DNA of 64,000 nucleotides from Octopus vulgaris (lineage: Eukaryota), in contig OX597826.1 in assembly GCA_951406725.2 (NCBI GenBank), forward strand, positions 64,418,001 to 64,482,000, written 5' to 3'. Below are positions 37,250 through 49,771 of the stretch, piece by piece. Numbering within the stretch: position 1 is the first letter of the stretch; each line of letters begins with the position of its first letter. The position numbers were made by a program, and so were the translations under genes. A model generated the notes under the pieces. That model saw only the letters and a list, made by a program, of their open reading frames with translations. It was not told the DNA's origin and made no database searches.

Positions 37250-38700
37250 ACATCAACAGTGATGTAGAGTGCATCTACCTAAAACGAAAACAAGGGGACA
37301 GAAGTTTATCACCAATCCAAGTCTGTCTTTGAATGTCGTCGTATATTCCTTCGACAACATCTTTTAACCATCAAGTGTCGAAGTGCATCCCTCGACCAAG
37401 TTTGCATACATGAGACTGATAACATCATAAGACTTGGAAAGTAGCTCTTTGAGCTGCATTCCTTGTCGGATAACCTTAGAATACATGCCCAAAGACCTTC
37501 ACACGACTCTACCGCAACGTATCAGGTGAAAGGATGAGCGTATGTCAGTAGAAAACCATGCATGGATATATTAGTAGAAAGCTCCGAAATGATAACATAG
37601 ATCATCAAAGTAGTCTATCATGAACCAACAACCGGATTACTACCTCCACTTTATAGGGTATGCATTTGCAATCCAAGAACAAGAAATTTCAACCAAATAC
37701 CTGATGTACAAAAGGGACAGAAACGCAGTAAAAGCAGCAAAATGTGACAACGGATGCAAACTTTGTGGAGTTAACACCGAAGACATCACCCACATCCAGG
37801 GCCAGCTCAAGGTACAGGAAAATCGGGCAGTCGCCCGGGGCGCCACGTGCCAGGGGGTGCCAAGGAAATTTCCACGACCGTCAGCTTGTACACGCCGAAG
37901 TTCAGCTACCTCGGGGCGCCAGCAACCCTAAGGCCGGCCCTACCCATATCGTAAGCAGCTGTTCGAAAATGTCATCACGGCATTATCTACCCATGAGACA
38001 TAATGTTGTGGCTAAGACACTGTATAATGAGATTCGCTGGAAGGATAATCCTGAAGCCTAAGAAATAAGAATCCACAGTATGGTGGAAGTCATATTCACT
38101 CATAATAAGGAGTAATGGTAGAATGTACCAGTGAAAACCTCAATAAAATGCAAACAATAAAACTGACAATGATTTGGGATAGAGAAGAGAAACTGTGTAC
38201 AGTTGTGGAGATCAACTGCCCAGCGGATATTAACATAAGGCTAAAGATTAGCGAAAAAGAAAATACCTACTCTGAACTATTGGGGAACTTACAGTTTCTC
38301 TACCCGGATAATAAGTTCAGGTTTATACCTGTAATTATTGGAACACTGGGAACTGAGAACCAATCACTACCTAAGAACCAATCTTCAGAAATTAGGCTTC
38401 TCAAAACCAGAAAGGAGAAAGCCGATTCGAAGACTACAGATCCAAGCCATCACTGGAACTATAAAAATCTATAAGCCTTTCCAGAAGTTTATCGTTTAAG
38501 TATATATGAGCACATCTAGATATGCAACTATGTGCACGAGAATACATGCATAAAACATACAAATCCACACGCGCGCACTCATACATGCATACATACATAG
38601 CCTGTTGATGTTGAAATTCCAATAAAGGAGCCTTGGATCTAGGATAGGAACCGGCTTTTTCTCTATTGGCATGAGACCGTGAAGTAAAACTAAATAATGA
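37250..38700 (+). pseudogene. R4/Dong-like non-LTR retrotransposon 3' remnant (CCHC finger + RLE domain)
   Basis: FAIQEQEISTKY, CKLCG..TEDITHI.SSC, YLPMRHNVVA, IWDREEKLCTVVEINCP, FIPVIIGTLG. Contains stops and frameshifts. Confidence 0.7.
37797..37942. mobile_element. hAT-type MITE inserted in the LINE zinc finger
   Basis: TIRs CAGGGCCAGC / GGCCGGCCCTA, 8-bp TSD CCCACATC / CCCATATC. Confidence 0.7.
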
Positions 38701-39554
38701 CATACATGTACACACACACATTACGACAACTTAAAAGATTTAAGATGTCGCGACGCACTTTTAAAAAGTGACAATTTTATTGTGGGGTATTGGCAAGTTC
38801 AATGCCTGACAGTGATTAGTATTTTTCATTCCAGACCAGAGAATTGTCTCTCAGTCTGCCTGTACGAAATTACATGACAAATTTGAGCAACTATGGAAAA
38901 AAGAAGAATAAAAAAAGGAAAGAAAGAAAGAAACTGACGACGTACTACTTAATTCAGTCAGAAATAGACAGACTTCAAGGCATACAGACATGCGTAAGAA
39001 TACCATCACGTACAGGGCACATGTAGAAATATATGCTGTAGAGGAATTTTCTGTGTCAGTGTGACACTAACATGAAAGGAAAGAAGTCGCAGATGTTTTA
39101 AAGCTGGAATCACGCTGCGGCTGCCGAATTTAGCACAAGGCCAGAACATTTTGGCGGCGTGAAACAGACGATTAAATTGACTTTAATACTTGACTGTATT
39201 TATTTTAATTTTACCGATTCTGGACGAATAAAATTGTTAAATTTGTCTCCGGCAGGGTTTGAACACGGAATATAATACCATCAAGAATTTTATTGTATCT
39301 TCTACACATTCTGCCATCATTACATTAACATTAAATCCTACAAGACTTCCACAATTGTGGGCGTGAATGAAAAGAAAAGATGAAGAATCGTCATAGTTTT
39401 GTAGAAACTGTCACATTTTAAAAAATTGATGTTGGTTGTTGTCTAGCCCGAAGGTGTCTCCAAGCAAGGTAACTTACGATCAAGAACATCCACGCTATGA
39501 CCATTTCATCTTTTTTAAATTAGGAATAGTATTGTACCAACTGCATAATTCAGA

Positions 39555-39670
39555 CCCTTTTTTAAGAAGGTCTACATTGAGAGAGATCTGGTAACCTTTT
39601 TTTTAAGGTCTACATTGAGAGAGATCTGGTAACCTTTTTTTTTTAAGAAGGTCTATACTGAGAGAGATTT
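39555..39670. repeat. ~40-bp tandem triplication
   Basis: TTTTTTAAGAAGGTCTACATTGAGAGAGATCTGGTAACC x3. Confidence 0.8.
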
Positions 39671-41311
39671 GGCAGTTATTTCTGACAACTTGAGCTATCT
39701 TCATTGGCCGGTTTCGTGAAGGGGTCATGTAGGTAGGTGTTTGTGAAAAACATGTACATCACACAATCTTATTTCCCCATAAATCCGAGATTTTGTATCC
39801 AGAGCCGTCTTGGCAGTATTTTAGGCCCTCAGGCAAATCATTCCACAGGACCCTATAATATTTATTTATTGACAGCAAGTCACATGGATCAGAATTGGGC
39901 TCCTAAATTATATATTTTGACAGATATTTTTTATCAAACCCAAAACACATTCCTAAGTTATCTTAAGCGAAGACGAAATAATGCCCTCACAGCGACAGGG
40001 TTGAAAAATAAAACCGACCCTCTTAAATGTAAACCTGGATATTATAATTTATAGTTCAGCGCTTTAATTCAGTTTCTCGCATTTCTTTAGTCAGTTTCAA
40101 ATTAATGATTTCTCACAGTGGCACAAGTTTACAAATATGGAAAGGAAAAACACAGTCCATTAGTTTCAACCATTGATATTACAAGTACCACTCCCACCAT
40201 ACCCAGACACACTGCCTATCCTCCACCTCTCCCTAGCACTGGGTCGCTTATTTCCCTCTACTATAAAGCTATATATTGCCTATTTCCGCTTTTTTTTTTA
40301 ACTGAGTAGATGTCCAGATAGTCACGCCGCACCCACATACAAAACTGCTGCGTGTAGAAACAACGAAGGAGCCGCCTCAAAGGTCATGGGTTACCGGTGA
40401 CACTTGCGACACTTTATGACTGTCCGTATGGCACGCAAAATATGATTGTATGAATATATATTTCTTTACTACCCACAAGGGGCTAAACACAGAGGGGACA
40501 AACAAGGACAGAAAAAGGGATTAAGTCGATTACATCGACCCCAGTGCGTAACTGGTACTTAATTTATCGACCCCGAAAGGATGAAAGGCAAAAGTCGACC
40601 TCGGCGGAATTTGAACTCAGAACGTTATGAATACAGTCTTCCTAAGGCTTTAGCAGTGACTGGTATTCATTTGAACAATTTCATTTTTCTCGCGCTTATG
40701 ATGCCTCAGTTTCTTTATTTTATTGATAAATAAAACTTATGAGGATTGCATTTAAAATACTAATAAGATTTGCTGAGTGTAAATAAATGGTATACTTTGG
40801 GTAAAGTTTTTGAGTAACACCCGCACGATTTTCACTAAGAAAAAAAAAACTCGGATTTTTTGCGTGGAATCAAGTACCCTAACCCCCTAATATGCTGCAA
40901 ATCCCTTATTTTAGTTCGGAAAAAAGGGGACGAGTGGAGAGCAAACCCCTTATTTTGGTTCGTTAGGGTTGGGGTTTTAAGGGTTTTAGGGTTAAGGTTA
41001 GACTTTTAGGGTTAGTGTTGGGGAAAAAAGTCAAAATTGAAGAAGTTGGGGGTGTAAGGGGGGAGGAAATTTCACAATGCCGATGTTTGGCAATTTTCCG
41101 GGACCTCCGTGTCCGAAAACGGGGATTTTTGGCAAAAAAAAAAAATTTTAATAAACAAATTTGGGAGAAAATGGGGGTGAGGACGGGCGGAAGTCTTTCC
41201 CTCAAAAAATTTAGGCTGGCGTGGGTGGACAGACAGGATAGTCATGTTTGAAATGTTTTTTCTTTCTTTTTTTTTTTTTTTTTTCTGTATCTCAGTTTTG
41301 TTAATCTAGAT

Positions 41312-41589
41312 CAGTGGTTCTCAAAGTGAGCAGTATTGATTGCCCTTCTGAGGGCGGTGGCAATTTCCAAAGGGGCGTTGAAGAAAAGTGGGGTGATAAT
41401 GGGTGGTGATTCATGTAAAAATAACAAAATAATGAGTTCATTAGGTTAAGTTTTATTTGTGAAATACAGTTGCTTTGAATTTGCTTCAGAAAGCGGTCTA
41501 TGTTTCTGATGGTTAGTTGAGGTGTGGACGCTAAGAAAGCGACCTGGGTTTCAAGGGGACGGCAGCCCGAAAAAGTTTGGGAACCACTG
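41312..41589. mobile_element. hAT (Charlie-like) MITE
   Basis: TIRs CAGTGGTTCTCAAA / TTTGGGAACCACTG, perfect 8-bp TSD ATCTAGAT (41304-41311 and 41590-41597). Confidence 0.9.
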
Positions 41590-42573
41590 ATCTAGATGGA
41601 CTCGGGAACTAAAACAACAATTGCGTGTAAAAGCAAGCGTGTAAACCTCTACGTAGTCACTCCGCCTACAGGAAAAAAAAAAAAAAGACATCTCCCGGGA
41701 CTTGATTATGTAGTTACAAATATCCTTAAAAAGAATGGGGTAGCCACGGTTGGAAGCAAGACGCGAACATTCTTTCGTTAAAACCTAAATTTCTTTTTTC
41801 AATGACGGCACCTCCAGGTCAATCACTTTCGATTATAAACACTTTTGAAAGAAAACTTTATAACTGTCAGTTATGTATGCGTGAATATTATAAGGGAAGT
41901 TAGGTTATTCAGACTGACAAATCTAGTTAGATAAATGCGAGAAAAGGGTGAAAAGAAAATGGATTAATGTGTCTTCTCTGTAACACGCCCATTTTACACG
42001 ATGGAAGCTCTATGTAGTTCGAGCAACTAGAAATAAAACTCATGTCTAGGATGCATCACAGAAGTAGATCTTTGATCACTGGTTCGACTGGATCACAGAG
42101 TTGAGCACGACAAAAGGACATCGTACCGTTATATGCAGCTCTCTTTCTCTCGGTGTATTTATATAAATTTGTGTATGCGTCCGTATGCTAGACATGAACT
42201 GTTTTAACATCAGACCCAAACCAACTCGAATAAAAGTAGGTAGTATTATACATGCTCTCTAGTGTAATATTTCTGCTTTACTTTTAATACTCAACCTTAG
42301 TTTAATTACCTAATTATAACCCAGTAAATTGTATAGCAGTAATAAATAATGAATTCGCAATTAATCGGGTGTGAAGTTAGTGCACAGCGCTTATTCTTTG
42401 CAAGTTGTGATGTAAGAAAACAAAAAAAGATCTAAGAAGTTTGGGTACTTTGTGTGTGTGTGTGTGTGTGCGTGTATGAGCGTAATGTATGTAAGCGCAG
42501 ACCAATATGTTGATTATAATTGCAAAAATAAACAATAATGATAATTAATAAATGAAAATAAACATGTACTTAC

Positions 42574-42604
42574 AAGATTCCTTTGATTTCTCCGGCGTTG
42601 CCAT
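42574..42604 (-). CDS. Candidate first coding exon of an unidentified host gene (MATPEKSKES-, phase 1)
   Basis: Minus strand AAAATGGCA (good initiation context), 31 coding nt, then the perfect donor GTAAGT. Non-repetitive, CpG-retaining context with a GC box at about 43031. Confidence 0.45.
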
Positions 42605-43956
42605 TTTCTTTATTTCCGTCTGTCTTTCTGTTGAAAGTTTCTTAAGAGTATTTCATATAATTTATACGTGCAAATGCTTGAACAGTAGTTTTTCGAAGTA
42701 GGCGAGAAGAATTGTACAAATAATAACCCCTTTCAAAAATTCCAAATTTCGACCGTAAAGGAAGAATTGATAATATACAAATATGTGTGTGTGTGTGAAG
42801 AAGGATTAGCCCAACTTTGAATGAAAAGCAAAGAAAAGGGAACAGAACTAAATTTATCTCATAAAGAGAAGGGAAAAAAAGGGAGTTCTTTTAAGCAAGG
42901 TGCAGTAAAGAAAAAAATTGTTTCTCACAAACTTTTTATATAAAACTTCCCCCCCAAAGAAAGTAATAATTAAAAACTTTTTTTTTAAATTAACAAACTA
43001 AAGTTAATAAAATAGTTAATTAAATAAAAGAGGGGCGGGACGACCGAAAGAACATAGTTTAAACATTGTATAAAATATATATTGGTGTATACGTCCCAAC
43101 AGCAACAAGAAGCGTTACCGGTAAAGTCAAGTATTAAGAACTGGTTTGTTGGTGGTTCGGTGTTTAATATTACTCGTAGTGGTGGTGGTAGTTGTAGTTG
43201 GGAAGAGGTGTATACAATCGTCCACGGCCAGTGAAAGAGCAGCTCTGAAGTCTTGCCATTATTTTAGAAACACCCTCTCTTCCTTCACCGAAAAATTCAC
43301 TCGTTTGTCGGCTTATGTGATTCTTTATAAACTACTTTTACAGTGTTGCGCACACACACATACTAATACGACATGTTGATAATACAGAGTGCGCTCTTAC
43401 ACTTGCTTACACACACACACCATAAACGAGTGAAACAGGCGCACTGATGCATGCACACTGTCATTACTTCTGTATGCATGGTTATTCAACCTGCTAGAAA
43501 TAACAGCCAAATCTCCCATTATTCACGCTGAATCGTTTTAGATAAAAAAAGATAAGCCAGGATATGAAGCTCCACTCAGATATTCATTAAGATTATGGAT
43601 ATTCACAGATGGACTGCTTTTTATTTATATGCCGCTTCAATCAGGACTGACTCGGGGTTAAAACAATTATATTAACTTCTGAATATTCTCACTGATTTAA
43701 TAAACGTACATCACACTCACTCATTACTTACACGCGTAGTTTATTATATTCATACAAACACACATACACACAGGATTTTACACAAGTATACACAGACTTA
43801 TATGTATGTGCAACGCGAGTATGCCTGTGTTGGTGTTGTCGAAGACGAATGCAACAAGTGACGGGATGCTGGATTCTGACACACCAGCAAATATGCACAA
43901 AAAAACCCCCCAAAAAACACGTTAAATGACGACGTTGATGATGAAGATATTTGTAA

Positions 43957-44191
43957 GCGGCGAGCTGGCAGAATCGTCAGCACGCCGGGCGAAATGCGTA
44001 GGCGTATTTCGGCTGCCGTTACGTTCTGAGTTCAAATTCCGCCGAGGTCGACTTTCCCTTTCATCCTTTCGGGGTCGGTCGATTAAATAAGTATCAGTTA
44101 CGCCCTGGAGTCGATATAATCAACTTAATCCGTTTGACTGCCCTTGTTTGTCCTCTCTGTGTTTAGCCCCTTGTGGGTAGTAAAGAAATAG
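43957..44191 (+). mobile_element. Meta/MESC-domain-like SINE (CpG-intact copy)
   Basis: Colinear with 4755-4983. Confidence 0.8.
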
Positions 44192-44679
44192 GTTTGTAAG
44201 CAAAAACACTGCGCCCCCCCTACATACACACTCACACCCACACATGCATATATACGCTTACATTTACATAGGTGTATACATATGTATTGCAGGTGAAATG
44301 GCCCAGTGGTTAGGGTAGCGGACTCGCGCTCGGAGGATCGCGGTTTCGATTCCCAGACCGGGCGTTGTGTGTGTTTATTGAGCGAAAACACCTAAAAGCT
44401 CCACGAGGCTCCGGCAGGAGGTGGTGGCGAGCCCTGTTGTACACTTTCGTCCTCAACTTTCACTCGTTCTTCCTGTTTCTTGAGTAACGCTGCGATGGAC
44501 TGGCTATTTTCACTGCTATCTCGCATTCGAAATTTACTTTTATTTTCTATTATACAATGCTCATCCACTCGACGCTTCTAAGTTTATATATATATATACA
44601 TATATATCGATAAAATGATGATATACATATGTATACACATATGTACACAAACACACACATACACGCCCGCATACAGTGG

Positions 44680-45497
44680 ATGTGGTCATTCAATCACTCA
44701 TCGGCTCCTGCTTGCCATTGAAAGAGTCAACAAATTGGGTCAATGGGTTTCTCACAAACTTTCCGAGTCTAATCATGCACAGATAATTAATGTGTGCTCT
44801 TCTTTGTTGTTACATCTCACAAATGAACCTTTTTGGGACCGAATAGTAACTGGGGACAAGAAATGGGTTCTTTATAAAAATGTCAAGCGCTGAAGACAGC
44901 GGGTTGGGAAAAGAGAAACACCAGCACCCCAGGCTAAAGAAGGTCTTCACCCATGTAAAGTGTTGTTATCTGTTTGGTGGGATATGAAAGGTTTAGTCCA
45001 CTTTGAACTCTTAAACCCAAACCAAACAATAGCAAAGGAGATCTACTGCAAGCAACATGACCGGCTTAAGTCAGTGCTAGAAGTAAAACGACCATCTTTG
45101 GTTTCAAGATGAAAGATGTTCTTTCATCAGGATAATGCTCGGCCACAAAGAGCAAGGATGACATTCCAAAGGCTGGAGCAGTTTGAATGGAAAACAATGC
45201 CCCACCCACCATATTAGCTGGACATTACCCCATCTGATTATTGTTTATTCTGTAGTCTTCAAAATCATTTGGATGCTAAAAGTATGAATTCTGTAGATGA
45301 GGTCAGAACAGAACTGGAGGATTATTTTCTATCACAGACAAGTGAATTTTGGAAGAGGAGCCTTGCAAGTCTACCAGATGCATGGAAGATCATTGTACAG
45401 AAAGTATATTTTAGATTATGAAAGATTTTTGCTTATCTTAAGTTAAAAAATAAAAGAAGTATTTAAAAAACCATATTATTTATGGGATGACCCAATA
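44680..45497 (+). pseudogene. Mariner (DD34D) transposase remnant with right TIR
   Basis: LGQWVSHKL, RIVTGDKKW, LHPCKVLLSVWWD, HQDNARP, DITPSDY motifs with stops. Ends TTTATGGGATGACCCAA|TA. Confidence 0.85.
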
Positions 45498-45658
45498 TAT
45501 TTGATACAGGTTATGTATGTATGTATGTATGTATGTATGTATGTATGTATATGCATGATAGGCTTCTTTCAATTTCACTCACAAGAGGTCACTTGCACAA
45601 GGTGCCACACAGTGGGACACAACCTGAAACAAAATGGATAGGAAGTGAGCTTCTTAAC

Positions 45659-45752
<94 letters not shown>

Positions 45753-45887
45753 TATATAACGGGAAGCTTTATGAAAATAGACAAAAGACGAAGGCAGGTC
45801 TACGGAAATAAACAAAAGACGAAGGCAGGTGGAATACAAACAAACAATTGTATTAGTATGGCGCTCAGGAAATATAAATAAAACAAG

Positions 45888-45925
45888 TCTTTAACGTTTC
45901 GAGCCTACGCTCTTCAACAGAAAGA
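45888..45925 (-). ncRNA. Minimal hammerhead-ribozyme-like motif (variant core) in a Penelope-like terminal repeat
   Basis: TCTTT-CTGTTGA-A-GAGC gtag GCTC-GAAAC GTT-AAAGA. Confidence 0.5.
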
Positions 45926-46266
45926 TACACAGAGAAAAACACAGAAAGAAGGAGAGAAAAAAATATGCGTGCAGAAGCTAGCGAATCAACATGGCGATCT
46001 GATTTCGGCCAGAAGTCAAAGATCAAACGTGAGACGCAAGAGCGAAATTAGGGGAGATAATAGGGTTGAATGACCTCACTCCAACATAAGAGTGTGTGTG
46101 TGTGTATGAGAAGAGTGTGTGTGTGTGTATGAGAAGAGTGTGTGTGTGTGTATGAGAAGAGTGTGTGTGTGTATGAGAGAGTATTAGTGCATATGAGAGG
46201 TCTGGACGTGTGTATGTATATATGATGTGATGTGTAAAGTCATATACATACTTACACACATACATA

Positions 46267-46311
<45 letters not shown>

Positions 46312-46722
46312 TCTTTTATTCTTTTACATGTTTCAGCCATTTGACTGCAGCCATACTGAAGCACTGCCTTAAATCGAGGAAATAATCAACCCCAGGACTT
46401 ATTGTTTGTAAGCCTAGTATTTATTCAATCAGTTTTGTTTCCCAACCTGCTAAGTTACAGGGACGTAAACACACCAGTGTTGGTTGTCAAGTGATGTTGG
46501 GAGGACAAACACAGACACACAAACATACACACACATACACACACATATATATATATATATATATATCCGATGGGCTTCATTTAGTTTCCATCTACCAAAT
46601 CCCCACAAGGCTTTGGTTGGCCTGAGGCTATAGTAGAAGACACCCAAGGTGCCACGCAGTGGGACTGAACCTGCATTCAGTGGTTGGTAAGAAAGCTACT
46701 TACTACACAGCCACTCCTCTGC
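46312..46722 (-). mobile_element. CORE-like SINE
   Basis: Reverse complement of the 20-420 family. Confidence 0.75.
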
Positions 46723-46738
46723 CTATATATCACATGCA

Positions 46739-46822
<84 letters not shown>

Positions 46823-46887
46823 CAAACACACACTCATGTATACATACACACACTCATGTATACATACACATGCATATATATGAATAA

Positions 46888-46956
<69 letters not shown>

Positions 46957-48258
46957 TGTATGTATGATATTGTGCTTATATATAGATGCTGAGAAACTGT
47001 GTTAGTGACCAGACCTTGTATATGTATTGAAATGTTTTGACATCATATGAAAGAGATTATTCTCATGAAGGAAAACAAGTGAATCTAACAGTGTATATGT
47101 GCAAATGTATGTTTTAAATTATCACGTCTCTTCCTTGATGTAACAATTTCCATCTAGTTGAAACTGTTACAACATATCCATGATGTCACAATTTCAACAC
47201 ACTGCCTCAAATTATCTAGCTTGTCAAATAATAACAACTCGAAAAATATGTCCTGGTAGACAAGATGTCACATACTTGAGCGTGTTCATACAGAAATAGG
47301 TAACTACACACATATACATACACAAAAATCAAGCATACTCATGCACCACACACACATGCATGCTAGTTAATATGTATATATTTATATATATAAATAATTT
47401 GGGAAAACAAATTTCCAAATCAATCAGGTGCAACCCTTCAGCATTATATGCATCTACATATTGTACTTTGGGGTCTTATTTATCGTATATTTATATATTT
47501 ATCTATAAATATACAAAGTATCTGATAAAAGTCAATATTAATTCAATTTGGGGGGATTATATATACATATAATAAATACATATATGCAATCGTCAGATTT
47601 ACAATTATTCCAACACATCTTCAGGTTCTATTTCAAAATATTATATGTCTAATTTTACATCCCTTTAAAAATAAGCAATACAATTAAGCATTAAAGAGTA
47701 GTAATTAAGAATTAAAAATTAAAAATTAAGAATTAATTAGACATATAATATTTTGAAATAGAACCTGAACATGTTTTGGAATAATTATAAATCTGACAAT
47801 TGCATATATGTATTTATATATGTATATATATGGGTATACAGTTGTGTATATGTATATATATTGTAATCTTCCAATACTGAAACATGTGTAGTTCCTTCAT
47901 ATTTAATAAATATAAGTATTAACTAAAGTAGGATATAATTAACGAAGTACATTATATACCCTGCTGGAAGTTTTGGTTATATCCTTTAAGTATTATTTTG
48001 TGATGTGCAAACTGATACCATGAGTTTACTGTCAGATATACCCATTAGGTTATTTTTGTATTATCTGAAATTGAATACCTGCATATCAATTAATCCCCCA
48101 AAACTGAATTTATATTTATATACATACATAGATACATACATACATACATACATTTATACATACATATATTGTCAGTGGATCATATATCTGAAAAAGAAGC
48201 ACACTCTAAATATTAAATATACATACATACATCTCTCTCTCTTGCTCTCTCTCTCTTG

Positions 48259-48289
<31 letters not shown>

Positions 48290-48434
48290 CATCCATCCAT
48301 CCATACATACATCCATACATCCATCCATACATACATACATACATAAAGTTAATCCAAACAAGAAAGCACAAAAAAACACAACACGAGGACGTGGAACAAA
48401 TATAGTATTATTGGACGCTCAGGAAAGAAGGAGG

Positions 48435-48469
48435 GTTTAACGTTTCGAGCGGAGCTCTTCGTCGGAAAC
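48435..48469 (-). ncRNA. Minimal hammerhead-ribozyme-like motif (variant core) in a Penelope-like terminal repeat
   Basis: GTTT-CCGACGA-A-GAGC tcc GCTC-GAAAC GTT-AAAC. Confidence 0.55.
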
Positions 48470-48874
48470 ATAGGAGAAGGAAAGATCCAGAGAAGGGAAG
48501 ACAGAGGAAACAAAATCACCAACGGTACACACGCGGTCACATATATATATATGTATATACATACACATATATTTATATATATGACAAGAGATAATTTTTG
48601 TCACTTTTTATGGATACAAAAGAATTTATAAGTCTGCAAAAAAGAAGTGCTCAAATGTAATTGAGAGAAATAAAAAAACATTGATCATAGAACAAACATC
48701 AAATTCGAGTCAACAACTTTATATATAACAACATGCCTCCAAACATTTGATCATATATAAATATTGCCATGGCTCTTAAACATATAAAGTATACATATAT
48801 AAAAACACAGGAGGTAAAAAATATATACGTGAATAAAAAATAGATATATAGAATAGCCCATCAAGAAGATATTG

Positions 48875-49192
48875 CTGGTGGCACATACAAAGCACCATCC
48901 GAACATGGCCGATGCCAGCGCCGCCTTGACTGGCTTCCGTGCCGGTGGCACGTTAAAAGCACCAACCGACTGTGGCCGCTACCAGACTCCCCTGGCACCT
49001 GTGCTGGTGGCACGTAAAAAGCATCCACTACACTCGCGGAGTGGTTGGCGTTAGGAAGGGCATCCAGCTGTAGAAACACTGCCAGATCAGACTGGAGCCT
49101 GGTGCAGCCTCCTGGCTTCCCAGACCCCGGTCGAACTGTCCAATCCGAGCTAGCGCAGAAAACGGACGTTAAACGATGATGATGATGATGAT
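48875..49192 (+). mobile_element. RTE 3'-UTR-derived repeat with (GAT)n tail
   Basis: Matches 22260-22522. Confidence 0.7.
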
Positions 49193-49552
49193 ATTGAGAG
49201 AGAGAGAGAGAATGTGTGTGGTTATGTATGAACCTATAAATTATTCCCCGTTCTTTTAAAAATTGTGCTTTGTACATGATGAAACTGAAACCAGCACAAT
49301 TCTAAGACGAAAGATGTGCATCTTTTACGCACATTATCATGAGTGTAATGTGTCTTCAGTTACAAAATACTAGATATATAACCATTTCTTATGTAACTGA
49401 TGGATGAAACTGACAGTTACTTAAATATTTTGAACTTTTGTGCTGTGCTCTGCTGCAGTAATACATCTATTCATGGTAAAGATACACTGAGTTCTGTGCC
49501 TTTATTCTAGGCTGTCATCTGTTGAAAACTTCTGTAATGTATATACATATAT

Positions 49553-49771
49553 CAGTGGTTTTCAACCAGGGTTCCGCGGAACCTTAGGGTTCCGCCAGTA
49601 CAGTGCAGGGGTTCCACAAGAAGTTACAAAACTGCTAAAATCGGCAGTAATTTTTAATTCTCCTGTGCAGATATGTGTGCATAAGACTATTAAATTATTG
49701 CACAGGGGTTCCTCGAGCCAGTGGAATGTTTCCTTGGGGTTCCGCTCCAGCAAAAAGTTTGAAAAGCACTG
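49553..49771. mobile_element. hAT (Charlie-like) MITE
   Basis: TIRs CAGTGGTTTTCAAC / TTTGAAAAGCACTG, perfect 8-bp TSD ACATATAT, internal GGGGTTCC repeats. Confidence 0.9.

Noticed and set aside
40963-41015. True interstitial telomere
   Set aside because: Only a few degenerate, interrupted TTAGGG units.
44292-44370. tRNA gene candidate (also 8350-8420 and 34900-34966)
   Set aside because: A/B boxes are present, but the sequence continues into SINE bodies and lacks a clean acceptor stem and terminator. These are SINE heads.
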